Positions 51,311 to 64,000 are shown, counted from the first letter of the stretch. The stretch: 64,000 nt of DNA from Eutreptiella sp. 'Long Island Sound 2002' (GCA_964036045.1 OZ038378.1:18166001-18230000), one strand, 5' to 3'. A program made the numbers and translations. The notes: generated by a model from the sequence alone, not told the origin.

Positions 51311-53397
51311 GTGATGGACCGAGGCAGGTGTCACCAAAGCAAACCCAAGCCTGCAAACGGCAAGGCCGCAGGCGCATGGGCAAGGGCGACCAGGGCGAGG
51401 ACCAGGGTAAGGGCAAGGGGACAGACAAGGGCGAGGTCCCCAGCAAGGGCAATCCCCAAATTTACGCAGCCACCATGCCCGTGACAGCGGTCTGAACCTG
51501 CGTCTTTGGACCCTTGCGCCCCACCAAAATCGTAGCACCAGGAAGGGCAGTTGGCCGCCTTGCGCACACGGAAATGTGCTGTCTGTGGGCGGCAGGTGTC
51601 TTGGCCGCGCTCGCCCTTAGACTGCATTCCAATCCTGCCACTTGCAGTGTTTGAACGGTTGTCTTGATCCCTCAAGATGTCATCTCGAGGCAGGGCAAAC
51701 GGGGAGGGGTACTCGGACTTGTGCTTCAACAGTGGGGAGGCTTCACATTCACTCATTCCCAGACTGTGCCGTCCATAGTGGAGTGCGCTCCCTGTGCCGG
51801 AGGCCAGGCGGTTCCCGACAGTCCTCTGCTCGGGCTGAGGGTCTGTGGCCCTTTGAAGCCCACATGCAGAGCCGCAGGGAACGGGCCGGGGCAGTGGACC
51901 CGGGAGAGCACCCTCTTCGTTCCAACTTCCCCATTCAAGCACAAGGAAGGAAATCGGATATAGCAGCATCGCCCATGGGCCGGATGGCTGGGACTCCCCC
52001 ATCTTGGCTCTCCACACGGACTGCCAGGCGATGAGAGAGCAAGAGGCTCCCCCTTTCACCGGTTGGGTCTGCTCACAGGCCACCTGCCCATGGCATCCAT
52101 GGCATCTGTCGTGAAAGTGTCCTCCCCATGTGGGGGCTTCCATGCTGTGTACCATGGCCAGGGACGTGCTTATCTGGCGGGCCCACGGACACCCAAAACC
52201 AAAAACATTTTCCTCCAGGGAACAATGAAGGTTTGAATAGAGAGCCAAAAGGAGAGGCCCATTTTAGGTACACAAATCTGTTTTGGCCCTCATACCCACC
52301 CACCCATCCCCCCGCGTCCCGTAGGCCGAACACTAAGCACAACCCTGACCATGGTACAGTCCCCTTCAAGCACAAGCCTGGGGGCACTCACGCAACACCC
52401 ACGGCAAAACACTCCCCCGGTGGTTGGTCTTGGACGTATCTGTCATTTGTCATGCAAAACGACCATTCTGGATGCCCGATTCCAGGGGACAACAGAAGGG
52501 GCTGCGCTTCTCCTTTGTTTCAAGGAAATTGCCAACGAAAACGTTACCACTTGCCAGGCCTCATGGTGAAGCTGACTTTGAACGCCCCGCAGCAGAAAGT
52601 CACGGCTTCATGGATGCCCTCCCCTGCTCTCATGTGCTCCCCCTCCTCATCTCACTCCTCATCTCACAAAACATGCCGTCCTGCCCTCTCCCACACCCAC
52701 TCCACACGTGCACATGCCCCACCCCCCCGGTCCACAGCAGCAATGCAAGGGGGTGTTGCACCTGGAAATCCGCAAGTCCCAGGGGGAACTCCTGGCCACT
52801 ACTGTGCCCATCAATTGCCACAACACCGTTGCCTGCAAGAGCATGCGGACGGCCCCCGGGCAGCACTGGGTTGACACACAGCACCCCCCGTGCATTGCAC
52901 AGACCATAGCAGGAGATCAAAAACTTCTCGATACGACAGCCAGTACCATTTGGACAAGACCTTTGTTTGCATGCAACCTGACAACCAGAGGCTTGACCCA
53001 GTCACTGTGCACTGCTTGGGACAGTTCAGGGATGGCAACCTTCTGCATGGGCACCAAGAGTGCATGAGGCCAAACAAAAAAGTACCACGCAATCCATCTG
53101 TCAAAAATTGACAGAGACAACAGAGCATCGTGTGGGCAACGTGCTGCATTTGGGGGCAGGGAGGCAAAGGCCATGAGCGGCCTGCGCCCTCTGCTGACTT
53201 GTGCCAGTGCCCTACGGCAGTGCCAGACCTGAATCCCCCATGGGGGGGCCATGATGCAACTCACCAATCGCTCAAGTTCAGTCAGAATGTTCCTTGGTGG
53301 TCTCCCAGCCAGATTGTTGTTTTACGCGGGAAAGGGGGGGGGGGGTCTGGGATCCCCCATCAGAGAGTCTGAATGGTAAAGTGGAACTCTGCTGAAT

Positions 53398-53462
53398 AAT
53401 GTGATGGGGTGCTGAAAGTGCTGTTGCTGCCACCCCAAGGGCCCCTAGGGCAGTTTACGGGC

Positions 53463-53502
<40 letters not shown>

Positions 53503-53578
53503 ACAGAAATAGCACACAGGGCCCTTAAACTGCCCTATTTTGGTGGCAGCAACAGCATTTTCCACATCCCATCACATT
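53398..53578. mobile_element. MITE-like element with ~65-bp inverted arms around a (GA)n microsatellite
   Basis: aatgtgatggg...tgctgttgctgccacc...tagggcagttta.gggcc is mirrored by ggccc.taaactgcccta...ggtggcagcaacagca...cccatcacatt. Confidence 0.8.
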
Positions 53579-54471
53579 TTAATAATAGCCGCAGAGATGA
53601 GATGCATGCAATTCCTTGGGGATGTGCAGAGCACCAGTTATTGGGGTGATCTACTGGGGCCAATGTGTTGGATACTGTTGGATACTGGGTGGGTTGGCCG
53701 TTGAGGTTTCTGTCAGACCCCAGGAGAAATTCTCGATTCCCCTTTCAGTCATTCTCCTTGGGGGCCCTCAGTCCGGGAACTCGGATTTCATGAACCGCCC
53801 AGCAGCCATGAACCAACTGCCAGCGGCAGTATGTGGCCGCCTATATGGTTCTTGGTTGTCCCCATTCCATTTGGTCTGTGCCACCCCAATGCCCCATGCA
53901 TATCGGGGTCCCCAGAGCAGGGAGGAGGTAACTGGCTACATCACCCTTGCCCCAAAGCGGCGAGGTGATGTGGCTACATACACTTTGGGCTGGTAACTCC
54001 GGGTGGAACGACCAAGAAACAGCAGCCCAACAGAAATCCCCTGAAAACGCACACCAGTGCGTACACACAGATGTGCCAACCAGAACACTTACTCAGCCTT
54101 TGCCCCCCCCCCCGCCCCCTCTGCTGCCGGGACGGTGTACACACAGGGCCATGAGTTATGCGGCCCCCAGCACCACTGCCCTCAGCATTCAAAAGGCAGT
54201 TGCCCCGTGAACTGGCTGAATATTGAGGGGGAATGTTTGCCCGGCGCGCGCCCGGCGCGCTACTTTTCTATTAACTATCCCAACTTCAGCCCCAGATTTA
54301 CCCTCTCATAGAGAACCCCCCCCAAGTAGACCACGTTGCACTGCACACCTTCCCTACAAAGCACGTTGCATTCTAAAGCAATATCTGTGAATTCAGCAAC
54401 TCCAAATGTCATTTGTATTGTACTTAACAAACAACATTGGTCCCACAAGTGTGGGTGTCAATACATTCAGT

Positions 54472-55530
54472 TCAATAGTGCTCCTTACACTCATCACAAA
54501 CTACGACGGTGGTGCACTTCTGGCAACACAACACACACACTTCTGCCTCATCCTCTGCCTCATCTTGCCTGGCGGCCGAGTAGCTTTGGTCAGTCCAAAC
54601 ATAAGGCGGGACATGCTCCCATGGTCCGTAGGCGGGGTGACGGACTTGCCTCCGAATGCAAAATTGTGTAAAATGCAACAAAATACGGACTGACTGGTGC
54701 AACTCATTGGGGCCGCCACGCCAAATGTTCCTAACCAAACCCCAATGCCACAACCGAGCAAACAGCTGCTCAATGCGTGCCCTATACCACCCGTGCACGT
54801 CATTGTAACATTGTTGGCGGGCTGTCAAAGTGCCATTCTTTCTTCCAATGAATGGCACAATGACATGAATCCGGCCTTTATAAGCACCATCATGGCCCCG
54901 AACTTCGAAATCAAAGAAATCACCCATCCCAAACCAAAACATCTGCTCATGTCCCGGGGGCCAAGGGGCAAATCCATATAATGTTGCCCAACATATCAAC
55001 GGCAACAGTCACCTTGTAAACATGTGACGCATACTTAGGATTCCACGGGTCGGCACTCCATATCCCGCCAATGGAACTGATGGGCATGGAGTCTGTGAAA
55101 TGTGTCATAAAGAATGGAAAATGGGGACAATGGTTGAAAGGATTCAACGTGTCGGCCCATCGAATCTCTTGAACAACATGGTTAAGGTATTCGCGAACAC
55201 ATGCAACACTCTACCGCCAGGCAACCTCCGAACATTCAGTGTTAGACATGAAAGCACCGCTCTCTGCCGGTGGGGTGTGTTTCATCCAGAAAAAAAATCG
55301 AAACAACGAATCACGGTCGAGGAGCTCGGGGTGCCCGTACTTCATCCAAAATTCCTCCAATGTTTCTGCATTTGCACCCATCCGTGCAACCTGGGTACGC
55401 ACACAGGTGGACTTACACCGTTTCACCCACCACTGGACACCACCACCGTTGCCATCGTCATAGATAGGGTGCAAGGGTGTGCAAATTCTTAGAAACGGCG
55501 ACAAGATACTCCAAAATCTCATCCTCTGTC
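54472..55530 (-). pseudogene. Harbinger/DDE_Tnp_4-like transposase, disrupted by stops and a frameshift
   Basis: TDSMPI...NPKYASHVYKVTVAVDMLGNIIWICPLAPGT*ADV, then HDGAYKG...VPF..RK...LTARQQCYNDVHGWYRARIEQLFARLWHW. This matches the DDE_Tnp_4 pattern D.GY...YN..H...R..IE..F..LK..W. Confidence 0.85.
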
Positions 55531-55662
55531 TTTTTGTTCGCCCTCTCACACTCTTCCGTTGTGTACTCTCTTTCGGTGGAGGGTGGTTCAACAGGGTTGG
55601 GCTGCGGCTTGGGGTTGCCTTTCGGAGACTTAGATTTGCGTTGAGGTTTGGGTTGAGGTTTG

Positions 55663-55924
55663 GCCATGCAACAAAGCGTGGATTGAGAGTCCCTAACCCC
55701 AACTCAAGGGGCCACGCAACAAAGCGTGGATTGTGAGTCCCTAACCCCAACTCAAGGGGCCATGCAACAAAGCATGGATTGTGAGTCCCTAACCCCAACT
55801 CAAGGTGCCACACAACAAAGCGTGGATTGAGAGTCCCTAACCCCAACTCAAGGGGCCATGCAACAAAGCGTGGATTGTGAGTCCCTAACCCCAACTCAAG
55901 GGGCCACGCAACAAAGCGTGGATT
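55663..55924. repeat. 48-bp tandem repeat x5.5 inside the Harbinger element
   Basis: Unit GCCACGCAACAAAGCGTGGATTGTGAGTCCCTAACCCCAACTCAAGGG starts at 55663, 55711, 55759, 55807, 55855 and 55903. Confidence 0.95.
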
Positions 55925-56799
55925 CAGAGATTGTTCCGGTTTCCTCAATCGCACCGGAAGGTTGGGGCCCAAAAGAGGGCGGAAATGCTATGTCACCCCT
56001 ACATTCTCCAACAAAGGGGACAAAATCAGAAGTCCAAACCTACGCTAGGGGTGACAATGATGCCCCTAGTATCTCAAAGTATGGGTCTCTAGTGCAGCCA
56101 GATGCCCAAATAGCTGCACTGCGCTAAGTGCGCCCCCTTAGTACACCCCCTAAAAGGAAGGAAATCATATTAAGGAGCAATAGTCCATGGGGCTTCTACC
56201 CATTCCAGCCCCCAGACTCACCCAAGGGGCAAGTCGCGCGGGTTTCTGGAGAGCTGCCGCCCTGTATGACAAGAGGCTCCCCCCTCCGTCCTTTAGGTTG
56301 CCTCACGTGAGGCCCGTCCATGCTTCATGAGCCCCTCCGCGCTGTTGGAAGACAGAGCACCTTCCTGCATGCTGTACAGCATGGTGGAGTGTCGTGCATG
56401 GGGGTCACGAACCCATCCCTGGCCCTGTCGGGCCATGCCAGGCACACCCCCTAAAAGGCCACCGGTGGGGCACAGGTCCAAAAAGATGCCCGGCGCGCTA
56501 ACGTTCCCCCTGAGAGCATCAGCGAGCGCTGTTTGGGGGTGGCGGGATTGCGGGGTGTGGCAGTGTGCCGCACACGGCCCGGACCACTGCAGCACATGCG
56601 GCCGCGGTTTTCTGACCTCTGACGACTCCTAGGGACCCTTGGGCCGTTGTCGGGTGACAACCGGACCAGGTATAAAGCCATGGGGAGCCATGTAGCACTA
56701 GTTAGGCTTTGCTAGTGGTGCTTATTGGCCCCGAAAGCGCCGTTTTTGGGCCCGCTCGCACTGTGGTGGGCAAAACTTCATTGGCCCCTTCCATCGACC

Positions 56800-57305
56800 C
56801 ACCCACCCACCGACCGACCGACCCACCGACCCACCGACCCACTCACCCACCGACCCACACACACACACACACACACACCAACCCACCCACCCACCCACCC
56901 ACCCCCACGAACGCACCGGACGCACGCACGGAACGCACGCACGCACCCACCCACCCACCCACCCACGCACGCACCCACCCACCCACGCACGCACGCACGC
57001 ACCCACCCACGCACGCACGCACGCACGCACCCACCCACCCACCCACCCACCCACCCTCCACCCACACACGCACGCACGCACGCACCCACACACCCACCCA
57101 CCCACCCAACGCAACGCAACCCACCCACCCACCCAGCCACGCACGCACGCACCCACCCACCCACCCAGCCACGCACGCACGCACGCACCCACACACCCAC
57201 CCACCCACCCACCCAACGCAACCCAACCCACCCAGCCACCCAGCCACGCACGCACGCACGCACCCACCCACCCACCCACGCACACACACACACACACACA
57301 CACTT
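56800..57305. repeat. 500-bp compound microsatellite (ACCC/GCAC/CGAC/CA)
   Basis: Directly visible. Confidence 0.95.
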
Positions 57306-58329
57306 ACACATCACAGGAGGGCACCGCCTCATCAGGAGTGGGGACAGACCTGAGGTGTGCTCACTGCCGCTCGAGGCCCGGGGCGGCCGACGGGCCTCTG
57401 CTCGCAATAGTGTGTGGTCCGCGGTCAGCAGCAGGATCAGCACAAAACTCAAGGGCATGCCAGGCATGAAACATACCTGCAGTCGCAGCAATGCAAAGCA
57501 TTGAATGCAATGTGCCGCACCCCCACAACAGGAGAACATGCGCATTGTGTTTCCCTTGGCGTGAGGCCGTGAGATGTGAGGGACGGGTGTACTTCGAATT
57601 CAAATTGAGCGTGGGGTGACCTGCCGCATCTCATGCATAGTCTTAGTGCTCTCTAGCCACTAAAAGTGGTCCAGTCAGTGGGGACGGAGCCTGTGGAACA
57701 CTGAACGTACCCCACAGCACACTGCCATGTTACGTGTTCTTTGCTTTGTGCCAAGCGTGGCATGTCAGCTTCCCCTTCAACCTTGACCCATTCCCCCGGG
57801 ATTCCATAACGGCATGGTCAGCACCGTGTAACATGCGACCAGTGGCCAATGCCATATCTGTTGTGTGAACTGCTTGTTGGTCAAGGTGACTTATGAGTGG
57901 GGGGAGGGGGGGCATGGGATCTATGCCACTGCTCACTATTGCAGCACATTACCCCTGTGGCGTCCATTCCCCTCCCAACGCTGACAGGCTTCATATTCAG
58001 TCGTTCCCAGACCGTGGGGCTTGGAGGGTGCTCACCACACACTGATGCGAGAATCGTGACAAATTGCAAAGAGGGTGGGGGCGTCCATTGCAGAGGCCCA
58101 CTTCCTCACCAAGACGGTCTTGGGTGTTGACTGGACCCCAATGTCCAGTGAAAATGGTTGTGTTGTTGGGCTTGGCACAACCGGGAGGTCCAGGGAACGT
58201 CAGCATATGCCTTGTATTCATTCAAAATCTTTGCAACCAAATTTCGCACCAACTATTTAGTGGGTTGAGTGCCGGATTTCGTAGTTGCTTACCCTTGTGG
58301 CTATGGGTTCCCCGGCATAGATCACTGAG

Positions 58330-58680
58330 CACTAGTATCAAGTGCCACTGTAGAGCACCGAAGGAGACTAATGGGAGAGAGCAACAGTATCGGTACAGAG
58401 TACTGGTATCGAATAACTGTACAGAGTAGGAGTATACAGTACCGGTATAGAGCACCGGTATGCATGAACGGTATAGAGTACTGGCATAGCCTAATGGTAA
58501 AGAGCACTGGTATAGACTAGCAGCAAAGAGTACCACTGTAGAGTAACTGGACAGAGCAACGGTATAGAGTATGGCATAAAGGAAAGGTATGGAGTACTGC
58601 TGTAGAGTACCAGTATAGACTGATGGTGTAGAGCAACAGTACAGCGTACCGGTACAGTGGTTTTACTGGTCTCCAATACT
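58330..58680. repeat. Degenerate ~14-bp minisatellite (GGTATAGAGTACTG-like)
   Basis: Recurring gtatagagtactg variants. Confidence 0.8.
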
Positions 58681-60694
58681 GGTGTTGACCCATCTTCTTG
58701 CCCCTTGGTACACTGGTGGCCTCCAGTGAATCTGTCAATGTAATGAATTCCTTTGCCATAATGAATTGTGAAATTGGTGGCTCCAAGTCTGGTACCAGAT
58801 ATGCACAGCCACTGCCACGGGCAACACAACACAACAGAAAAACGACAATACTTCTCACAGTGCTGTACGAGTGCTGGCTGCAATCTGATGGACTGTCACT
58901 CAACCCTTTTTTTGTCCACCCTTTTTTTGTCCACCCACCCTCAACAAACTCCAAGCTTCCCAAGTGCATGGTGTGAACATGTCGGCACACTCAAAGCAAC
59001 GGTGCACCAAGGCCACAGATGGTAATCAGGCGTCACAGGCGTCGGCTGCCGTCACCTGCCACTCTCCGTCGTGCTTGTATGAGTCATCATGAACCTCCCC
59101 ATCACACATACTCCAATTGGAACCAGCCCCTGGGACATGAAACTGCCTGTCATCATTAGTCCCCAAAGTATTCAATCAAATACCAGCCATGGCACATTCC
59201 ATGGAGAGGCTTTCGTGCACAGTGCAAGAGGATGCGCGGCGACCGTTCAGGGCCCCATGATCAAAGAGCAGACGAAACATGGGGGGCGGTTCAGTTTCGT
59301 TCCGGACCCCGGCTCCGGCGGTCTGGGCAGGGGGGTCTAGAGGGGGGGGTCCATCCTTCCATCTGCGCACATGCATATATAAATACAGCTTATGAGAACT
59401 CTGCCACCCCCCCCCCCCCCACACACACCATCAGAGCCCCCCCCAAGGGGCACCCAAAAACCATATTAGTGATTTGTGCACGGGGAAACGCTGTTAGCGG
59501 CCCATTGTTGGGGGGGAAGAGGGCCTTCAGCCCCCTTCCCAAATATTGGCACGTCTACAACATACAACAGTGTGTGCAATTGGCAGATAGTGTCTACTTG
59601 GGGCAAACAGTGTCTACAAACCACAAACTGCAATTCCTAAGTTCGGCAGGTAAACAGGAGTGGTGTACGGGTCAACGCAGTGGCATTCCATTTAAAATGT
59701 GCACATTCTTGCATATTGGGGGCCTTCGGCCCCACATGGGGCACCGCGCCCACCCTGGGGGGCTCTGATGGTGGTGGGGGAGGGGGGGGTTGTCATATAC
59801 CATAAATATGTGTGTGAACGTGTGTGAAGCATACACATGAACGAATGTGTCTGAAGCATGTACACGCACGAACAACCTAATGAGGCCGGGTAATATGGGG
59901 ACCCACACCATACACAACTACACTTGAGCTGGGAATAACCACAAATGTTGCGATGGGGTAGGTTACGCCTGGCCTTTGCCTCCTCACTTGGTTGAACATC
60001 CTTAGCCCATGCCTTAGCTCCCTTGAGGCAAGTTTGGGACGCGGCAGAGCTTCTTCAAATGTTGCAAACCACATACTATGCTGCTGCACATCCTTGTAAG
60101 CGTTGCTTGAATGTACGCAATGGGGATCATTTGTCATCCTCTTGTGTTTCTGCTTGTTTGCATTTTGTGTCTTGAGCCTACTCTACCAATGAAACAAACG
60201 ACAACACTACCACCATCACACGCACCACACTTCCCATTGTGCTCCAGAATTCCACTCGCGCAGGGGTCCCAGTTACCAAACAACGCTAGTAACCAAAGAG
60301 GCTCCACGCTTCGCCAACACTCAATATTTTGTGCGGCACCACCTGAGGTAGAGGCTCCACCTAAGGAGTGGATGCATCAAAGGCACTGTGTTCTATATGG
60401 TTGGCCCGGAGCCCCAGAGCCAAGGGTCTCCTTTTCGTGGGGCAAGGCGCATGTCCCCATAGCGGCTCATATTGGCTGATAGCAGGTGAATTCTTCATAG
60501 CCTTGTGGAGGTTTCCTACTACGAGTTTTTCTACACTCCCAAAGGGGGAGAAGTCGGGAGGCCTACGTAACCCATGCCTCCAAGGGTCCCCATAATGGGA
60601 AAATTTTCCTACCGTTGCAGGTTTTTCCTATCCTTGTGCATTTTTCCCACCCCACAGATGTTTCCTATTCTTGCGTTTTTGTCCTACCCCATGG

Positions 60695-60885
60695 TCCCCA
60701 TAGTGGGGTATTATAGCTACATCACCCCTGCCTTCTAAGGGACCCGAGTGCGGAGAAATCAATATGGCTACCAAACCCCGACCTTGTCGGTTTCCCCACA
60801 ATGAGGGCAAATCAATATGGCTACATAAACCTCTGCCTTCTCGGGGTCCCCATAGTGGGGAGAAATCCATATGGCGACATAACCT
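60695..60885. repeat. ~53-bp imperfect tandem repeat
   Basis: cccca.agtgggga.aaatc.atatggc.acat..acc recurs 3-4 times; related motifs near 53900-53985. Confidence 0.7.
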
Positions 60886-62726
60886 CGGCCAAGGTGGTGG
60901 GGGGAAATGGAAAGATTTGAACTCACCATTGAAATCAGTGCATTTTGGGGAAAAACAAATTGGGTGGAACCAATTTTCCAACCCTTTCACCAAAGGCCCA
61001 AAAAGTTTTGTGGGCGCCATTGGCGCCCAAATTGGCTGGTCAATATTGCCACAAATTGGTGTGGATTGGGGGTCCAGAGGAGGGGGGTGCTGGGGTCTGG
61101 CACGACATGTAAGCCCGCCCATGAGACAAAATGTCTAACAGGGGCTTCGGTGGGGAGGACATTGTGTGCCAAGAATGAAGCAATGGATACGTGCCTAATG
61201 AATGCCCACGTGACACAAGCCATTCGGTTGTCGCATCAAACCGGTACCAATGTTGCTTGAGTTCACCCAACACATAGGCTATCAATTTCATGGGCTGGCT
61301 CTCAGATCGGAAGATTAAGCTTGGTCCAATTCATGCAGAGGGCCCGATCTCTGACTTCTCCGTTTGCATTAGAACCATACGCCCCACGCATCGCAGTCAT
61401 CTGCACCCTCGGCCAAGGTTGTTGCCCTGTTTGCGCGCTGTGTGCATATTTGGCAAACCCACCAAATAGAAAACCCTCTAAAAACCACCCACCACTTTTG
61501 TAGGGCACAGCAATACAGCAACACCAACAAGTACAACGTTCTACTGTCTCCAAATGATTGAATGGCCTCTGATCGATACAGAGATGCCTCAACAGCCGAG
61601 GTCAGGCCTTGTGGTCTACAATGCCGTGTGACTCACCCCACAACAATGCATCACAGCAAAGACCCGCAAGGTACCACTGACGACCAAAAATCAAGCCCTT
61701 GCGTGGTGGTGTGGGACAGTAAGGGGGTGTTGAACTATTATCTGCAGCGGAAGGGTTCGCCAGCGGCCAAGAATGCTGCGGGGTATGCAGTGCTTTGCCC
61801 CTTCCCAATGCACACAAAATGGGGTTGGGCGCACTGGCAAAGGGGCTTGTGTGTCCAGGGCGTACAAAACGAATCCAAGGCCTTGTAAACCCCTTCAAAA
61901 CAAAGGGCTGTGCACACGTCGTAAGGGGGGGCTTGTTGCTGGCAGGGCCGCTGCGGTCATTGTATGGGGAGTCCCCACCTCAGGCCAGGTCTCTGCAGAG
62001 TGATTGCCACCATGCTTTAAGGTACTGCACTGCACCCTTTGCTTCTCCCCCCCACTCAGGTGCACAGTGCAGGCACCTGCCATTTGCGGGCGGATACCGT
62101 ACTTCAGGCGTACGGACCGGTACAGGAGAGAGCAGGTGAGGTGGTAATGCCCGCAGCTTGCCTGGCATGGTATGGGTGCGCCGCTTGTCAACGTTGCTCT
62201 CCTCTGCCTTCGCCTCAGCGCCGCGCACTGTCTTGCTCCCGATATGTGTTTTGGGGCAGTAGAGGGAAAGCTGGCGGGATACCGTGTACACAATCGCTGA
62301 TGCGGAACCCCTCCCCAAAACTGGCGGTCGCCAAACGCCCCTTTTTTATGGGGGGTGGGGGGGCTGGCAAGAGAGTCCAGGCCATTGGACCCAGGGAGGC
62401 CCACCGCTCCCGTGTTGCAGCATAATTTCCCCTGTGGCGTACCCTGCCAGCGCCTGCAGGTCACAGATGCAGCCACTAGGGAGGGTGGTCCACCACCGAT
62501 GACGTGAAGTGTACCACAGGGCAGCGGTATCACTGCCCGATGCACCACGCATCACCCAGTCCCCGGTCCTCCAGAAGCTCTCAAAACCACAATCACTGGC
62601 AATTCACACGTACCACTGCATGACCCGGTCATCCCACAAAGTGTCACCACAGCGGTGGGGGGGGGGTTGAGGGCAGTCAGTCATACAACCCGGACCCCCC
62701 GTGACCCACTCCGAGTGCAGAGCGTT

Positions 62727-64000
62727 TTACAATTTGGATGCGGAGGTGGCGGCTGCACAAAGGTCTCGCATCTGCAACAACGCCGTCTGCAGCTCTTCGC
62801 AGACTCGAGGGGCCCAGCGGTCCGCTTTGGAGCGGCTGGTGACCACAAACGTCATGGCCTCGTCCTTCTGGCAGTAGCACAGCCCGATGCCGTCCTCCAC
62901 CACCTCCCCAAAGCCCGCGTACAGCACCGCGCTGCCGGTGGCACTGGTGCTCAGCTCCCAGCGTTTGGACCGCCCGTACATGGGGTCCTCGAACAGACTC
63001 GCCGCCTCGCCGGGACGGAGCATCTGCTGCAGCCCAAACAGATGCCGATCGACCCCCAGTCCCTCCGCCGCCCTTCGGGCGTACCACACCTGCCGGGCGA
63101 GGGCCGCCCGCAGCTTCTGCCACCGGACGGCGGGGCCGCAGGGCTCCTGCATCGCGGCGACCCACTCGGCGGAGGCGGTGCTCACGCTGCGGATCGTCTC
63201 GGTGCGGCCGTGCCGGAAGCGGTTCGTGGCCGAGGCGGCGTACGTGGGCCGGCAGCGCCCGAAGACGCGGGCGCACGCCAACTGGAACCCGAGCTGCGCG
63301 AAGGCGTCGGGGCTGCACTTCAGCCGCTTGAGCTCCGCCGTCCCAAAGGCCCCGAAATGCAGCACCTTCAGGTCGTGGCCGGAGGCGCGCGCGTCAAACC
63401 TCCGAACGGCCTCGCAGATGTACCGCAGCGAAGACGGCCCGAGGGTCCACGACACCGGCTGCGGTTCCGGGGCCGCCTGCCGCACCGGCACACGGGCTGG
63501 GGCCCGGTCCTCGACGAGGCTCTGCAACACCGCGTTCATGACGTGCACCACCGGCGCCGCGTCGAACATCGAGTGCTCAAAGTTGAGACCGGCTTTGCCG
63601 TTGCCGAACACAACGAACTGCAGGCTCTTGTCGAACCAGCGGTTGTTGCCCGCCCCCGGGCCCCCGTGCAGCAGAAGGCGGTCCACATCATCGTCCGCCT
63701 CGGGGCTGGCGGCGTCCAGGCACAGCAGAAGGATCGCGGACTGCACCGCCTCCAGCGCCGCGAGGTTGCCATCGGCAATGAGCTGCCCTCTGGCCTCTGC
63801 CCAGAAGTCCCGCTCTGCCGTCGTCAGTGCGCCAACACTGGGCCCCTCAGTTTCCCCGGCCATCGCGATGACCCGTCAGTCCCGCCGCCAGCTCCGCGGT
63901 CGACGCCCGACGTCCATCGGGATGATTGATCGGGAGGGTGTACAGTCGGTCGGCGTTGTGCGCCGCCGGGTCGTACAAGTGGACCTCGTCCTTCCCGCTC
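62727..64000 (-). CDS. Choline/carnitine O-acyltransferase, 3' part, C-terminal PTS1 (SKL); 1-nt frameshift near 63875; continues beyond the window
   Basis: Family motifs VGALT..ERD.W, LLCLD, NRWFDKSLQ, EHSMFD (catalytic His), GRTETIRS, GVDRHL, LSTS, GFG.VVEDGIG. Ends ATSASKL followed by TAA. The region above 63876 (LYTLPINHPDG...) is in a different frame. Confidence 0.93.

Larger units (their letters stand above)
54227..56510 (-). mobile_element. Complete PIF/Harbinger-type DNA transposon with TIRs and 3-bp TGA TSD
   Basis: Ends GGGGGAATGTT / AACGTTCCCCC. TGA at 54224-54226 and 56511-56513. The empty site is at 46731-46740. Transposase inside. Confidence 0.9.

Noticed and set aside
55690-55900. 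Interstitial telomere
   Set aside because: Only single CCCTAA hexamers within the 48-bp unit; no tandem telomeric array.
55663-55924. CRISPR-like array
   Set aside because: Units are contiguous near-identical 48-mers with no unique spacers, and there are no cas genes. The same applies to the 51-bp and 52-bp arrays.
56709-57545. Long ORFs of 150-260 aa on both strands
   Set aside because: Artefacts of the compound microsatellite.
61200-61295. USP His-box-like IAYV...HWYRFD
   Set aside because: The preceding GHY motif and the Cys box are absent; too short to support.
62655-63929. Plus-strand 424-aa ORF, and similar antisense ORFs over the kinase exons
   Set aside because: Shadow ORFs of GC3-rich minus-strand exons.

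Overview
Repeat-rich eukaryotic nuclear DNA, probably from a protist. The GC3-rich exons, GT-AG introns, hybrid histidine kinase and homopolymer-rich repeats would fit a euglenid-type genome, but that is inference only. Two host genes are supported. One is a minus-strand membrane hybrid histidine kinase (TM-HisKA-HATPase-REC; three exons joined by GT-AG introns at 1250-5506; ends not located) with a non-canonical G1 box. The other is the 3' part of a minus-strand choline/carnitine O-acyltransferase ending in PTS1 SKL (62727-64000), with a 1-nt frameshift. The ~57 kb between them is transposon relics and repeats. These include a hAT remnant; a TIR-bounded pogo-like DDE element that also carries a WW domain and an unassigned C-terminal module found twice in the window; and a 5'-truncated LINE with zf-RVT and an RNase H retaining its catalytic residues. 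Also present are two convergent tRNA-like Pol III heads, a complete Harbinger element whose empty site is in the same window, a GC-rich insert with a 21-bp TSD, two circularly permuted copies of a ~360-bp unit, MITEs, minisatellites and microsatellites. No CRISPR array, rRNA or functional tRNA is supported. All domain calls come from manual motif reading, not database searches.
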